64,000 nucleotides of DNA, from NCBI GenBank assembly GCA_010356995.1, contig ML996701.1, positions 488,963 to 552,962 on the forward strand, written 5' to 3'. This DNA comes from Trichodelitschia bisporula (lineage: Eukaryota). Shown piece after piece: positions 1-12,092 of this stretch. Under the pieces are notes generated by a model, which was not told where the DNA came from, did not search any database, and saw only the letters and a program-made list of their open reading frames with translations. Position 1 is the first letter of the stretch, and every line of letters begins with the position of its first letter. The translations under genes were made by a program, and so were the position numbers.

Positions 1-959
1 GTTTGGAGAGAGTGCGGGGGCGCGCGCGGTTGATATTTACAGCTATGCGTGGACGAAGGATCCGATTGTTAACGGGTTTATTGCGGAATCGGGCGCGGCG
101 CCGCTGGTCTCCGGCACGAAACATAATCCCGCGACGTGGTTTGAGCTGAGCACGCGGCTCGGGTGCGGCGGCTCCGCGGCTGCGAATAAGACCGTGGAAT
201 GCGTGCGCGGGAAAACGTGGAGGCAGGTGTTGGATGGGATGGGCACGGCGGGGGGGACGAGGCGTCTGCTCAGCTTTGTGCCAGTTGTGGATGAGAAGGT
301 GTATTTCAGCGATTATGATGTCCGGGCGAAGGAGGGGCGGTTTATCAAGCGCGTGAGTGGCCTGGGTTTCGTGTTGGTGGGCTGGCTAATGGGTGCGGCA
401 GCCCATGCTCGTCGGCAACAACGACAACGAAGGCGGTCTCTCCGCCGCCACGCAGAAGGCCAGTCCCGCCGCCGTCGACGCCATAAACGCAGGATACACG
501 TGCGGCGCCGCAGCGGCCGCTGCCCGCCGGCGCGCGCTCGGGATCCCCGCGTGGCGGTACCGCTTTGTCCCCGTGTGGAGCAACCAGGCCTTCGCAGAGG
601 GAGTCGGCGCATACCATTCCTCTGAGATCCCGGCTGTGTTCGGGCTGAGCGAGAGTATCTTCCCCGACATCCCGGCGAGCGAGGAGCAGCTCCGACTCAG
701 CGCGACGATGAATAAGGCTTGGACTATGTTTGCGCAGGATCCGGAAAAGGGGTTGTTGGACCTCCGGTGGCCGTTGTATGATGCGAAGAGTAAGTTCCAC
801 GTGATGCGGGGAAGGGTGGGGCTGATGGTGATTGCAGATGATACGCTTATTATTCTCGGCGAGCAGAATACTCGTAATGTGGGCTTCGATCTCGGGGAGC
901 GGTATGATGCGAAGTGCGCGTCGCTCATGAGCAGCATGTCGAGCGGGAAGGGGGCGTAG
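1..959 (+). CDS. Type-B carboxylesterase/cholinesterase-like alpha/beta hydrolase (5' end outside window)
   Basis: Nucleophile elbow FGESAG at 2-19 (frame +2). Introns 353-401 (GTGAGT..GCTAAT..CAG) and 790-837 (GTAAGT..CAG) join the frames. PMLVGNNDNEG (acid residue) and GAYHSSEIPAVFG (catalytic His) motifs present. Stop TAG at 957-959. Confidence 0.9.
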
Positions 960-1555
960 GATTAGTCATCTCAGCCTTGCCGCGCTGTGGCAAGGCGCAA
1001 GTATCACGAGCCTCCCGAAGCGGACAAATCGGCAAGATCATATGCGCCCAAACCGTCCATCTCTAGGGTTGATCAAGCGGAAGACCTGCTCAAAGCACTC
1101 AATCGGTCTCGCCAACCCTCCCCGGGCTTGTCTCCGTTATATGAACCCCCACATAAAATCCCCGCCACAACCGAGGGCACCCAGACCCCCTGCTCTACGG
1201 CCATCAAGCCGAAACTCGCCAACGCGGAAAGGTTGGGCGATGGGCGCAAGCTCGCTGCTCGGCACGCAGCCCTCCGCGCTGCTCAGTAGAGTGTGCGGCT
1301 GCGATATGCGAGCCTCCAAGCCGGCGGGCGTAGAGCGTAGAGCCCTATCTCCCGCGCGATGCCTAGATCCATATACACATATTACGCCGGGCGCACGCGC
1401 ATGGCACCCGTGCGCGCACATTTGACCCAGCGCATGCCCCAGGTGGCGGGAAGGTGAGAAACAAAAGCTATCGTAGGAATTGCAAAGAACTTTCCTACGC
1501 GGGTTGACACTGGTGGCTCCTTCTTTCTTTTGGTTGTTGAGAGATTTTTGAAGCC

Positions 1556-3021
1556 ATGTTGCTTATTCTTGGGACGGCGCTTGTTGCGCTTGCGGCTGCG
1601 ACGCCGGTGCAGAGGCGCGCGGAGGCGATTCCGTTTGCTGGGCAGCGTATTGCCATGCCTGCGCTTGAGGCGGCGGGGTATACGGCGTATCTTGAGGCCC
1701 CGGAGCCGTGGGCGGATCCGGTGCCTGATAATGAGAGTGAGTTGTTCCGCCTTCCTCCTGTGGCTTCAGCCTGTTTCTAACTAGAGCAGTCGCCGCGCAC
1801 TCGGTGGATCTCACGCCCACCTCGGGCAGCACCCCGAGCCAAAAGATCATGTCGCTGCTCGCAGGCTTCGACGGGTCCGCCGGCTTCGGCGGGTTCGACG
1901 GCGGCGACGACGGGGTCGTAACCTCGGGCAACAGCCCCGTGCAGAACATCGGCAACACCGTGTACCTCACGCCCATCAAAGTCGGTGCACAGGATTTCCA
2001 CGCCGTGCTCGATACCGGCAGCGCTGACACCTGGCTCGTGGGCAACGGCTTCAAGTGCGTCTCCGGGCGCACCAATGCCGCTGTCTCTGCCAAGAACTGC
2101 AAGTTCGCCGGCGAATACAAGCGCACGGCTGGGTTCCAGGAGGTCAAGGGCCAGCGCTTCAGCACCAAGTACGCGGACGGCGAGACGCTGCAGGGCATCA
2201 TTGGGCGCGAGACCGTGGTGCTGGCGGGTATTACGGCGGAGAACCAGACCATTGGCGTTGTTAGCGAGGCGAACTGGCGCGGCGACGGCAAGTCGTCCGG
2301 TCTGATCGGGATGGCGTATCCGAGTATCACGCGCGCTATCCAGGGTGGCAGCGGCCCGATTGGCACTTCGATCCCGTATAACCCGATTTACTTCAGTATG
2401 CACACCAAGGGCCTGATCAAGCCGGTGTTCAGCCTGACGCTCAACCGCCACAACGAGGGGCCGGGTGCGCTGGCGCTCGGGGGGCTGCCGCCGCAGACCA
2501 AGGACGTCAAGTACGAGACCGATAACTGGGCCAAGTCGCCGCTGTTGGCGATGGCGATCCGCGGCATCAGCACCAAGCCCGTGTTCACGGTGTATGTGGT
2601 CAATGCCGAGGGGTTTACGGTGGACGGGGCTGGTGTCGGCGGCTCGGTTAAGGTGCTGGTTGACTCTGGGACTACGCTGTCGTATCTGCCGCAGGCTGTG
2701 GCCGATGCTGTGGGCGCCAAGTTCAGCCCCCCTTCGCGCAAGGCGGCCAATCTGCACCTTGTGAATTGCAATGCCAAGGCGCCGAAGTTTGGGGTCAAGA
2801 TTGGTGGCAAGAGTTTGTGGATTCAGCCGAGGGATATGATTATTGAGCAGGCGAGTGGTGCGCCTGGTGGGAGTGGGGGGGTGTGCATGATGGGGATCCA
2901 GGGGGCGGGGGGAGCGGCTGGTGGGCAGTTCATTCTGGGTGGAGGGTTTATGCGCAGTGTGTTGAGTGTGTTTGACACGGGGGCGAGCGAGATGCGCTTT
3001 GCGAACAGGATAAGAGCGTAG
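1556..3021 (+). CDS. Secreted pepsin-like (A1) aspartic protease
   Basis: Signal peptide MLLILGTALVALAAATP. Intron 1737-1789 (GTGAGT..CTAAC..CAG) restores the frame. Two catalytic motifs VLDTGSADTW and LVDSGTTLSY, flap YADG, and ILGGGFMRS. Confidence 0.93.
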
Positions 3022-3560
3022 GATGGGTGCACAGTAGAATGTCCTGTAGTGAAAGCCGTTACGAGCCCCTGCCAGCGAGAGAATCCACTGTGCAATGGTG
3101 CACTTGACGCCCAACGCTCTATGCCCAGTACATATCGTCCAGCAGCCGGCGTAGCTGACGTCCAGGACAGAGAACATCGTCGTTTTCAGGGCTTGTGGTG
3201 GGAGACGGTCGTGGTGTATCGACAACATCATGAAGACTCCCGAGCCTAGCTACCTCCGTAAATTAGGAGCTCAATACACACGATTTGCCGTAGCAAGCTG
3301 TGTATGAATACGGAGTTAGATCTCCATATCCGAATGACCTCTTCAATCCAAGTGACTAAGATACGTCTCTTTAAGTGATAATGATGATGAGAAACGATGG
3401 GTACGACGTCCCATCCGTCTTCCCTTGATCCGGTTAGGACGCCAAGCCCCGCGAACATTGGCTTCGGCAAGCAATGGCAAGCTCCAAGAGCTCCATCATC
3501 CCGCAACGTCACACTCGCACATCATCTCAGGACAATTCCATCGCCACAGCCGCCGGCGCA

Positions 3561-4997
3561 ATGGAAAACGTGAGGAATGCTCTCTTTGGCGGGCAGAAGC
3601 CCGTGGCGGTTTCCTCAGCGCAATCGAGTGGCGATGCTGGTGCGCCCCTTTCAATCTCGTCAGACCTCAACCTAACCTCACGTAGACTTTGCCGACTTCG
3701 CGGGCGTTCCTGATCCGTCGCCTACGCCATTTGTATCGACTGTCGGCTCCAGCCCGAACACTGTCCCGACCTTGCAAGCTGCGCCAACCGGCGCGCCGTA
3801 TACTAAGTGGTACCGCGTCTGGGAACGCACGTCGCCCTCGGACTTCAAGCAGGAGGCTATCATCTTGCCGTTCATCCTACTGGTCGTGCTCGTTCACCTC
3901 TGGGGTACACGCACAAACAAGCGCCGCGCGAACAAATGGATCGCCGCCGTGGGGCCGGTGCTTACGAGCGAATTTGCGCGCGTAGGCTGGGCGGGGAAGA
4001 AGGACGGAGAGATTGAAGTATGCCGTCTCGCTGATGGGGGCATGATAGGATATGACTGACATTTTCGTAGCAAATGCGCGAAAACTCCCCCGCCGAGTTC
4101 ATCACTTACGCGTCCGGCCGCCTCAACGTCGCGTTCCTTGACGCCAAGCTCACGCTCATCAAGCGCTACAACCCACTGGTGCGCGTGGGCGAACTGCTCA
4201 TGGGTCTTGCCATTGAGTCGATGCCGGCCCCGCAGGAGCGCTTCGAGGTGACGGAGTACCCGTTTGATGGCAAGGAGACGTCGCTGGTGCCGAAGCGTTC
4301 GGGTGACGAGTCCGGCAAGGTGCCCAACTCGGTGTTTGACGGCTTCGTCTGGGCAGTGGTTAACAAAGACATCATGCGTCAATTGCGCGAGGACCGTTAC
4401 GACCTGTCCCTCACGGGTACCCGCGATCACTCCAAGCTGCCGGCCTGGGCTACGGTTATGACCGAGAGTGCGGAGATTACGGAGACGCTGCTCACGCCGG
4501 AGCTGGTGTCCGCGATTGAGCGCGCTGGCGACCTGCTTGATGCGCTCGTCATCACGGATCAGCCGGTGGAGCGGCCGACGAAGTGCGTTCTTTCCTTTTT
4601 GCTGGATGTCAACTGACAAGCCAGGCTCAATGAAACGGTCCCCAAGAAGCGGCTCACGCTGTCCTTCCGCCTGCCGTCCGACGGCAACTACGACAACGTG
4701 CTGCCGCTGTTCCAGTACTTTATCCGGCTGCCGGACTTTTTGGTGTCGCACGGCCGCTTCCGGCCGGAGGCGATGCGTAAGGTCCGCGCGACGCGCGATG
4801 ACGAGATCCGGCGCATCAAGAAGATTGACGAGGAGGAAAAGGCCGAGGAGCGCAAGAGTAATGCTGACCGCGAGAAGAAGGAAAAGCGTGACGCGTCGTT
4901 GCGCAACATGAGCGCTGAACAGCAGCGCAAGTTCCTGGAGAAGGAGAAGGAAAAGGAGGCGCGGAGGGCGCAGAAGGGGCGGACGATGAGGGCGTAG
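3561..4997 (+). CDS. DUF1682 / CCDC47-like ER membrane protein (PAT complex subunit-like)
   Basis: Four exons (introns about 3640-3685, 4018-4070, 4583-4624). KWYRVWERTSPSDFKQE precedes a single TM helix, followed by YASGRLNVAF and a basic coiled-coil C-terminus (MSAEQQRKFLEKEKEK). Alternative upstream in-frame ATG at 3474. Confidence 0.82.
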
Positions 4998-5154
4998 GTA
5001 GATAATTGTGGTGTAGTAAGTAGCCGTAGTCTGGGACGAGGTGTGAATATACTGATTCAAAGTTTCGCTGCAGCATCGTGTGAGAGCCAAAATGTTAATT
5101 CAATGGAGATCCCGCCGACTGCTACATGCATAAGTCATTACTAATTAGATACAC

Positions 5155-6111
5155 TCAGAATCGCTTCATGTTCCCAACCGGCTTCAAATGAGCATAAGCA
5201 GACCGCACATAGTACCCGGCGATCGACACCAGCGTCCGTGGCAGGCCAGACGCCAGCTTCCATACGCGGCCGACAGATGACACCGACGCGGACCGCGCGC
5301 GCTTCGGCGCCGCCTTGCCGCCATCCCACCGGCCCACAGCACCATACAACCAGTTCGACGCCTCGGGCGCGTTATCGTCGAGCTCGACATGCCACTCGTG
5401 CAACATGACCAGGCCGGGCTCCACTAGCTGCAGCTCCTCGAAAATGCGGGCCACGCTGTCCTTCCCGCGGAAGTAAATCGGAATGGGCGTCTGGCTGTAG
5501 ACTTCCTCGACGCGCCGCACCGTCTCCACTTCGTCCCGCTTCCCGTCAAACGTGTCGTGCGTTGCTGCGATGAAGCTCCCCGCCGGAAGAGCGTTGCGGA
5601 TGGTCCCCATGATGCTCCCGATCTCGGCGTCGGTGAAGAAGCACGCGACGCACATGAGCAGCACGCCGACTGGCTTGCGGAAGTCGATCAGGCCGCGGAG
5701 TTCCGGGTTCGCCAGCACAGCCGCCGGGTCGCGCACATCGGCGCAAATAATCCGCGTGCTCCCGTCCGCCGCCAGCAGCTTAGTCCCCAGGTCGCGCACC
5801 GCTTCGTCCATGTCGACGTACACGACCTTGGCGCCTGGGTAGGCCGCCTGCGCCACCTCGTGCGTGTTGTTTTGCGTGGGCAGACCGGAGCCCAGGTCGA
5901 TGAATTGCGTCACGCCCTGCGAGATCATGTAGCGCACGGCGCGGCGGAGGAAGGAGCGGTTTTCGCGGCAGAGGGCGAAGCAGTCGGGCATGGCTTTCGC
6001 CACAGCTTCGACGGCGGCGCGGTCCGTCGGCGTGGCGAAATCGCCGCCCAGGTAGAGGTCGTACATGCGGGCTACGGAGGGTTGGGGGGGGGTGGGTGTG
6101 GTGGACGACAT
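5155..6111 (-). CDS. SAM-dependent methyltransferase, actinobacterial SAV2177 / Methyltransf_19 type; intronless
   Basis: Motifs PSVARMYDLYLGG, NRSFLRRAVRY, QFIDLGSGLPTQNNTHEVAQ, VVYVDMD, ADVRDP, LIDFRKPVGVLL and LVEPGLV..EW match this family. ATG at 6111 has a strong ACAATG context. 318 codons, no intron. Confidence 0.87.
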   Translation of the reverse strand: MSSTTPTPPQPSVARMYDLYLGGDFATPTDRAAVEAVAKAMPDCFALCRENRSFLRRAVRYMISQGVTQFIDLGSGLPTQNNTHEVAQAAYPGAKVVYVDMDEAVRDLGTKLLAADGSTRIICADVRDPAAVLANPELRGLIDFRKPVGVLLMCVACFFTDAEIGSIMGTIRNALPAGSFIAATHDTFDGKRDEVETVRRVEEVYSQTPIPIYFRGKDSVARIFEELQLVEPGLVMLHEWHVELDDNAPEASNWLYGAVGRWDGGKAAPKRARSASVSSVGRVWKLASGLPRTLVSIAGYYVRSAYAHLKPVGNMKRF

Positions 6112-6582
6112 TGTGGTAGTGGTGATGATGATGCTGGTGCTAATGATATGGCGCGGTATGTCCAGGTGTGGTGCTACAGTATGTGACGAAGGACAAGGCT
6201 GAGCAACGAGGCTGACTAAACACAGATGGGATGTACAAGAGCGCGGGAACCAGCTGTCAATGGTGACGATCAGAGGCAGGCCGGGAACTTGCTCTTGGTG
6301 ATCGTTTACGGGCCAACTGGAACCTTTTATACCCAACACAGGTGACAGGTCTCCCCAACAGGCCTCCCTGGGACCGCATCTGCAGCCTCTCCAACCTCGC
6401 ATAGAACGCCCCTCCACTCAAACCCAAAAGCTCAATCGTCGAATCCGCCCCCGCCTCGCGCACTCTCATCACATCACAGCGCCGCACCACAACTGGCCAT
6501 CGTGGCCGTGCCGCACATTCCGCGCTGTAGCGAGCGTGGAGTCGCGCGGAAGAGGAGCGCGGAGGAACGCTAAGGAGCCTGA

Positions 6583-6629
6583 GTAACGTAAAGGAGCACA
6601 AGGAGCCCGTGTAACGTAAAGGAGCACAA
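6583..6629. repeat. 19-bp direct repeat GTAACGTAAAGGAGCACAA x2, upstream of the methyltransferase
   Basis: Identical copies at 6583-6601 and 6611-6629. Confidence 0.8.
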
Positions 6630-9600
6630 AGATCCCAGAGGAATCCCACAGCACCACGAGGGGCACAGGAGGAACTCAACAAATGCTCCATCGCTGTACC
6701 CGAAGCCTCGAAAAAACCCGCGCTGTGGCGTCGCCGACATCAAAGACTGATACGTGCCCTGAGGCATGAGGCGGAATACGTCCTCGAGCCTGCGCGCTGC
6801 GATACGTGCCCTGAGTGAGCTTGCCCGTCCCTGGCTGGGTCCGCGGATTCAGCTCGTCTTGCCCTTTCTCGCGTCCTGTTGGATATGCGCAGGGCATGGC
6901 TCGTCTCGCAGCGTGCCTTGCGCGAGGGGGGAACGTTGGACCTCCGCCAGGCGAAGCCTCTCATTCGCCGACCACACCCACGCCCAAGCTCTCCGCCCTG
7001 CCCCACAGGACGTTGCTTGTCGCCTTCACCCGGGCGCGGGTAGACCAGCGATCCAGCAGGCAATATCATCAGAGGTCAAAAACCCAGGGACAGACTTCCG
7101 CATCGGGCATTGGCTGCAACCCTCGGCACGCAGCCGGTGAAATCCAGCCTCGCGCCCTAGGCCCCATCTCATCACAGCACACACCCGCCAGTCGCACGTT
7201 GGCGGCGCACAACTACCCGCCGCACGCCGCCCTGATACTGTACCCCGCCATGTGACACGCATGCCGCGTAGCCTGATGCGGTAATCCCTCGGACGGAGGC
7301 CGGGACGCGTCACGTGTGCGTAGCCGCCCCGCGGGGCTGGGGGTCAAGTTTGTGCGCCCTTGGGGAAGACGCGTGGGTGGACGGTTGAGAAATATTTACT
7401 AGCGCAGGCATGAAGCATGGCATGGAAGCATGTGCTAGCGGGCTTGTTGGATGGGTAACCAGGTACCTGGTTTTCTTCGAAGCGCTAGAGTAAGTGTTGG
7501 TGGTACAACGTCGGCGGCTTTTATGCACGGCGTGCGCCGGGCAGCGTGGATGACGGGAGGAATGGGCGAGACTAATCTTAGTTCTAGACTGGCGTTTTTC
7601 TGCACCGCACGCGTACGCGGTCGGTTGGCGCCGGGCGGAGGCTGTTTTCTTCGCTGGGGGGTCGCAGCGCGGGGAAGCGGGGAATTGGGCGTCGTGCGCG
7701 GGCCAATGAACGGAAGCCAACGCGCCAAGATGTGGCACCGGGATGTGTAAGGCTCGAGATGCGGGGGAGGGAGACGACGTTGGTGGTTTAGTTAGGCAAT
7801 GACAATATTTACCAAGGGGCGGGAAGGCAAAGTCTCGGCAGTCATAATCGTCTTCTTTCGTGTGATGCTTTCGCAGTGATTTGTATTTCTCGCGTCACGA
7901 TGATGGGGCTGGTGGAGGCGCGAAGTTACTCCTCCGGCTGTCACTCCGCGGGCGTTGCGGGGGAGGCGCACGGCGCTCGGCGATTGGCAGGCGCCCATAG
8001 GGCTATGCGCGCTCAGCACGATATCACACTTGGGCATCGATCACACGATGCATCGCACCGCGCCGTGCCTTTCGCGATTCCCGCTATCTCACAATGCTAC
8101 TCGTCCGCGCTGCGGGTATTGCATTGCGACTGCGAAGAACGCAGCAAATGGGCCCGTTGGCTCTGGGGACTAGCACGGCGCCATCGGCGGGAGGAGCGCG
8201 GACCTGCGCTGGGATCTGGGGGCGAGATGGGAGGAGCGAGGCGAGGCTGGAGTTGGCCGTGGGTTGCGGTTGGATGGTGGAGATGCTAGGGCGGGAGGAG
8301 TGGGGGTTTTGGTGGAGGGTTGGTGATGCTTTGCGCTGTTTCTCGTGCCTGCTGCGGATTGCGTATCAAAGGCGATGTCGCACGAGTGCGTTGACCGGCT
8401 GCGCGATTCTGGCTGTTTTGGCGTCCCCGGTCACGTTGGAGTGGAGTCGGCCATGCTAGAATGGAGTCGGCCATGTTGAAATGGCCCCGGCTCTGCCTTG
8501 CATCTCTCTCGCACGGTGGGCCGGCTAGGCAGGGCGTGGCCGAAACGGGTCAATGCCGAACGACGGCCTATGTGGATGAGGCCCACGTCTCCCTGCGAGT
8601 TGCGCACGGCGGGCCTGTTTCCTTTGCCCTGCATTCAGAATGACGAGATATGCGCTCCTGGAGGAACGTGCAGCTGTCAAAGGCCGCAGGGTGGAGGCAC
8701 AGGCGTGCTAGCCGCTGAGAATGCGACATTGCACCTTGTGGGATAGGGCGCGAGGTGACGATAGATGCCGGGGGGGCGCCAATTGAGAAGCGGTGTTTTT
8801 CAGCGCGCAGTTTCTGCGTGAAGGATTAATGGCGTCGTCACTTTTGGCCCGGCGGTTCGGTACTGAAGGAGCGCTGCGGATAGTGTCAGCTGGAGAGTTT
8901 TTCAGAAGGAATTATTGTGATGATCGTGAGTCCAGCCTCGCTGCCAAGCGGGTAGCAATCTCTCCATCCGTATCGCGGCAAACCCGCCTGTCTGCCACTC
9001 GCTCGAAGGAGAGTAGAGCCGAGTCGGCACCGCAATCACATCCGCCAGACATGCAACGGCAACGCGGCTGACGGGATGAGTCAGATATATGCGGTATGCG
9101 ATGGTAGACCGTGCAGATGGCCAATCGACACGGTAGATGAACATCGTGTACGGCCATTGGGCGGGCGCGGCCGGATCACGTACCTTGGGAGGGAGTTGGA
9201 TCGTCCATCATGCTTTGTGTTACATCGTGGAAAGGTTCTTCCTTTCCGAGGATCGGGTAGACCGGTGCTCGCCAGCTCCCCTACTTGGCATACTGCCCCT
9301 TCATCACAATCCTAAAATCGCTATTCCAAAATCCCACCGCATCCAATCACCCCCTCAAACCTCGCTGCATGTGCTTGCTGAGCAACTTGTAGGCAGCTAA
9401 TCCGCTGCATGCGAGGAATTGCAGGCCCCGATCCTGCGTCTCACGATCCGGTCTCGCCGCGCTCGGCCAGCCTTGTTAATCAGGTTTTGATAGTCGAATC
9501 AGAGAATCCGCGCAGCTGATCAGCTAACCAGGCTTCGGGGGAGCTCCAAGACCCGTCACACACTGGCATTTCACGATACCGGTATGCCTATCACAGTGCC

Positions 9601-9988
9601 TCACGCATTCCTCCTCAACGGGATCAGGGGGATTCGGGATTCCCGACATCGATGTGGCAGAGACAGAAATGCAGGACCCCTAGGGAGGGAGGGAGTGATG
9701 TCCAACATCCATCCCCCCAGTACTACGCTCCACGCTTCCCGCTAGATCCAACCTCCGCGAGAACCTGCCCCGCAAACCGCGTTCTAAACCCAGCTCGGCA
9801 CCGCAAAACCAGGGAAGAGCAAAAACGCAGGATCACCGAGGGGGGCTGATGTGCAACATCCATTCCTCCAGTACTACATCCCACGCCTCCCACGCTTCCC
9901 GCCGGATCTGTCCTCCAAGCCAATCTGCGCAAACCGGGCTCCACATGCGGGCGCGGCGACGTGCAGGCCTGCAAGCACCCACGCTGCA

Positions 9989-10090
9989 TACGCAGCACCC
10001 AGTCCGGAAATGCGAGCATACCATCCCTTCTACGCATAACCCAGCCCGGAAATGCAGACATGCGATCCTTCCACGCAGTCCCGGCCAAAT
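9989..10090. repeat. Degenerate ~42-bp tandem repeat (about 2.3 copies)
   Basis: TACGCA..ACCCAG(T/C)CCGGAAATGC recurs at 9989 and 10031, with a partial third copy near 10072. Confidence 0.6.
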
Positions 10091-10274
10091 CCGGTCCGAT
10101 CTGCTACCATCTACCGCAGCTCATGCTGCTCACCTGCAGCTGTATCTGATACCGGTCTCGGAGCGCGACACAGAGGGTCGGGACGTATCGAGTCGAGCAT
10201 GCGGCGCAGTTGGCTGTAAGCATCGTGTTGGTACTGTTAATGTGCCGTCCTTACTCGTTGAGCCCATCCCTCGC

Positions 10275-12092
10275 TTAGTACCGCAGTATTACAATCCCCA
10301 TGCGCTCCACATCGCACACATCCTTCAAACACGCGCGCACCCTCTCCGGTTCGCTTCCCACACCCTCGAGCATCCGCTCAAGCACGTCGGCCACCAGCGG
10401 CCGCCAGCCAACCTTCCCTCCCTCGGGCCCCATCCCAACATTCTCCCTCACAACCACGGCCTCCGGGTCGACCACGCCGCCTAGCCACCCCACCAACTCA
10501 TCCACCTGCCGCCGAACCTCCCACTCACTCCCACCCGGTGCAGCCTTCTCATCCACGTAAAGTTCACCATACGCCAGCCCGTCGTCTTCCTCCGCGGCAC
10601 CGTCCCCAAGCCACAGCCGATGCTGCCGCACGTACGCTCCCCTCGCCTCGAGGATCTGCCCCACGGTCCATGGACTCCACGCCATGAGCGGGCACGCGCT
10701 GGTAACAGGTAACACGATAACAGGCACATGCGTGAAAAGGTGCAAGCTCAGACGCGCCTCGTTCGGCTGGCGGCTCTGCGACCACGCGGTCAGGGTGCGG
10801 TAAGGCGAAAGCCCGAGGAGGAAGATAGCAAGGCGTGGGCCGGGCGTCGGCGGGGAGAGATCGAGGAGCGGCGTCCGGGTTGTAGGCAGTGATGCGAGGA
10901 GCGTCGGCGCGAGGCGCGTGTCAGCTGGCGGGTTAGCATCGTCAGTAAATGTGTAAAAAGGCGACCGCCTACCTTCAAGCCCCGGCCCCCATACCTCCGC
11001 GACGCCCCACTCCACCGCTCGCGCCATCTTAACCTCCCGCCCACTCGCATACAAATACGGACTCCACCAGCCTCGCGCCACGCAGCGCTCATCGCGCGCC
11101 GGGCGCGTGCCCCAAAAGCGCACCTCAGCTTGTTGTCCAAGCATTTTGTGCGCGACACGTATCTTATGTGTGCACACTCCCACGCGATGCTTGACCCCCT
11201 GTCCCCATCCTCTCACAACCCCCCCCTTGACCGCGCGCTTAAGCCCAAACTCCAACCCCTCCTCCACACTCCACTTCACAGCGTGCACGACGACTTTGTC
11301 TGCCACTGTGAGGAGCGAGGGCGCCAACGCTGCAGCACCTAGGTGCGCAACCCCCGCGAGCGCGACGTCGCGCGCGCGGATGTTGGGCGCTGAGATCGGG
11401 TTATTGTCACCCCAGGGGGAGAAGTGCGTGCTGCGGTCGCGGGTTGAGGATATCGTTGTGAGGCTTGCGCGGGCGAAGCGCCCCGGGAGGCTGTTGGCAA
11501 AGAGGCGCGCTGCGCGGTGGGATTTAGGGGGGGGAGGGGCGGGGGCGTAGGAGCGGCCGGTTGGGGTTGGGAGAATGGAGGAGGTGGGTGAGAGGGGGGT
11601 GGGGGGAGTGATGGGTGAGGAGGCAGAGGGGTCACGGGTTAGGGACGGGCGGGCGGGAATGGTGGGTGGTGTGTCGTGGTAGTCGGGCTGCTTCTCGGCC
11701 CGGCGGGGACGGGGTGGGAGGGCCGGGTTGGAGTCCAGGTAGGGTGGGGGTGCGGGGCCGGACGCGGCGTAGACGGAATCTGTGTACTCGGAGGGGGGGT
11801 GGTAGTGCTGGCAGTTTGTGTCTGGAGCTGCGTGAGCGGAGATGTTTGATGATGGGTAAGTTGCCATGCGGATGGGGTGGGGTTGTGCCGGGCGGGGTTG
11901 TGGAGACAGTATGGGCGCGGAACCGTAGGTGTACCCATCCCTCGTGAAGCGGGCATCGTGACCATCGAGGTCAAGGCGTTCAAGAGGGGGAAGTGTGGGT
12001 GATGGTGGGAGCGAATAATAGCTGCTGACTGGGGAGGAGGGTCGCGGGGAGGCTACGGTGGGCGGGCGGTAGTTGGGTGGGTAGGTAGGCAT
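10275..12092 (-). CDS. Hypothetical protein with Pro/Ser-rich disordered N-terminus (PPPY motif) and globular C-terminal domain
   Basis: Long ORF. ATG at 12092 (ATCATG context). Probable in-frame 48-nt intron 10925-10972 (GTAGGC..GCTAAC..CAG). The C-terminal half has protein-like aromatic/hydrophobic patterns (GWWSPYLYASGR, LGLSPYR, CPLMAWSPWT). Confidence 0.72.
   Translation of the reverse strand: MPTYPPNYRPPTVASPRPSSPVSSYYSLPPSPTLPPLERLDLDGHDARFTRDGYTYGSAPILSPQPRPAQPHPIRMATYPSSNISAHAAPDTNCQHYHPPSEYTDSVYAASGPAPPPYLDSNPALPPRPRRAEKQPDYHDTPPTIPARPSLTRDPSASSPITPPTPLSPTSSILPTPTGRSYAPAPPPPKSHRAARLFANSLPGRFARASLTTISSTRDRSTHFSPWGDNNPISAPNIRARDVALAGVAHLGAAALAPSLLTVADKVVVHAVKWSVEEGLEFGLKRAVKGGVVRGWGQGVKHRVGVCTHKIRVAHKMLGQQAEVRFWGTRPARDERCVARGWWSPYLYASGREVKMARAVEWGVAEVWGPGLEGRRSPFYTFTDDANPPADTRLAPTLLASLPTTRTPLLDLSPPTPGPRLAIFLLGLSPYRTLTAWSQSRQPNEARLSLHLFTHVPVIVLPVTSACPLMAWSPWTVGQILEARGAYVRQHRLWLGDGAAEEDDGLAYGELYVDEKAAPGGSEWEVRRQVDELVGWLGGVVDPEAVVVRENVGMGPEGGKVGWRPLVADVLERMLEGVGSEPERVRACLKDVCDVERMGIVILRY

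Noticed and set aside
987..1289. 100-aa GTG-initiated ORF after the esterase
   Set aside because: No ATG start, no motif, and it probably lies in UTR/promoter sequence.
7457..7472. Perfect 16-bp palindrome AACCAGGTACCTGGTT
   Set aside because: About one such palindrome is expected by chance in 64 kb, and there is no supporting context.
8442..8478. 20-bp tandem duplication TGGAGTCGGCCATG(C/T)T, and GATACGTGCCCTGAG x2 at about 6749 and 6801
   Set aside because: Simple local duplications in intergenic DNA with no evidence of function or of being target-site duplications.
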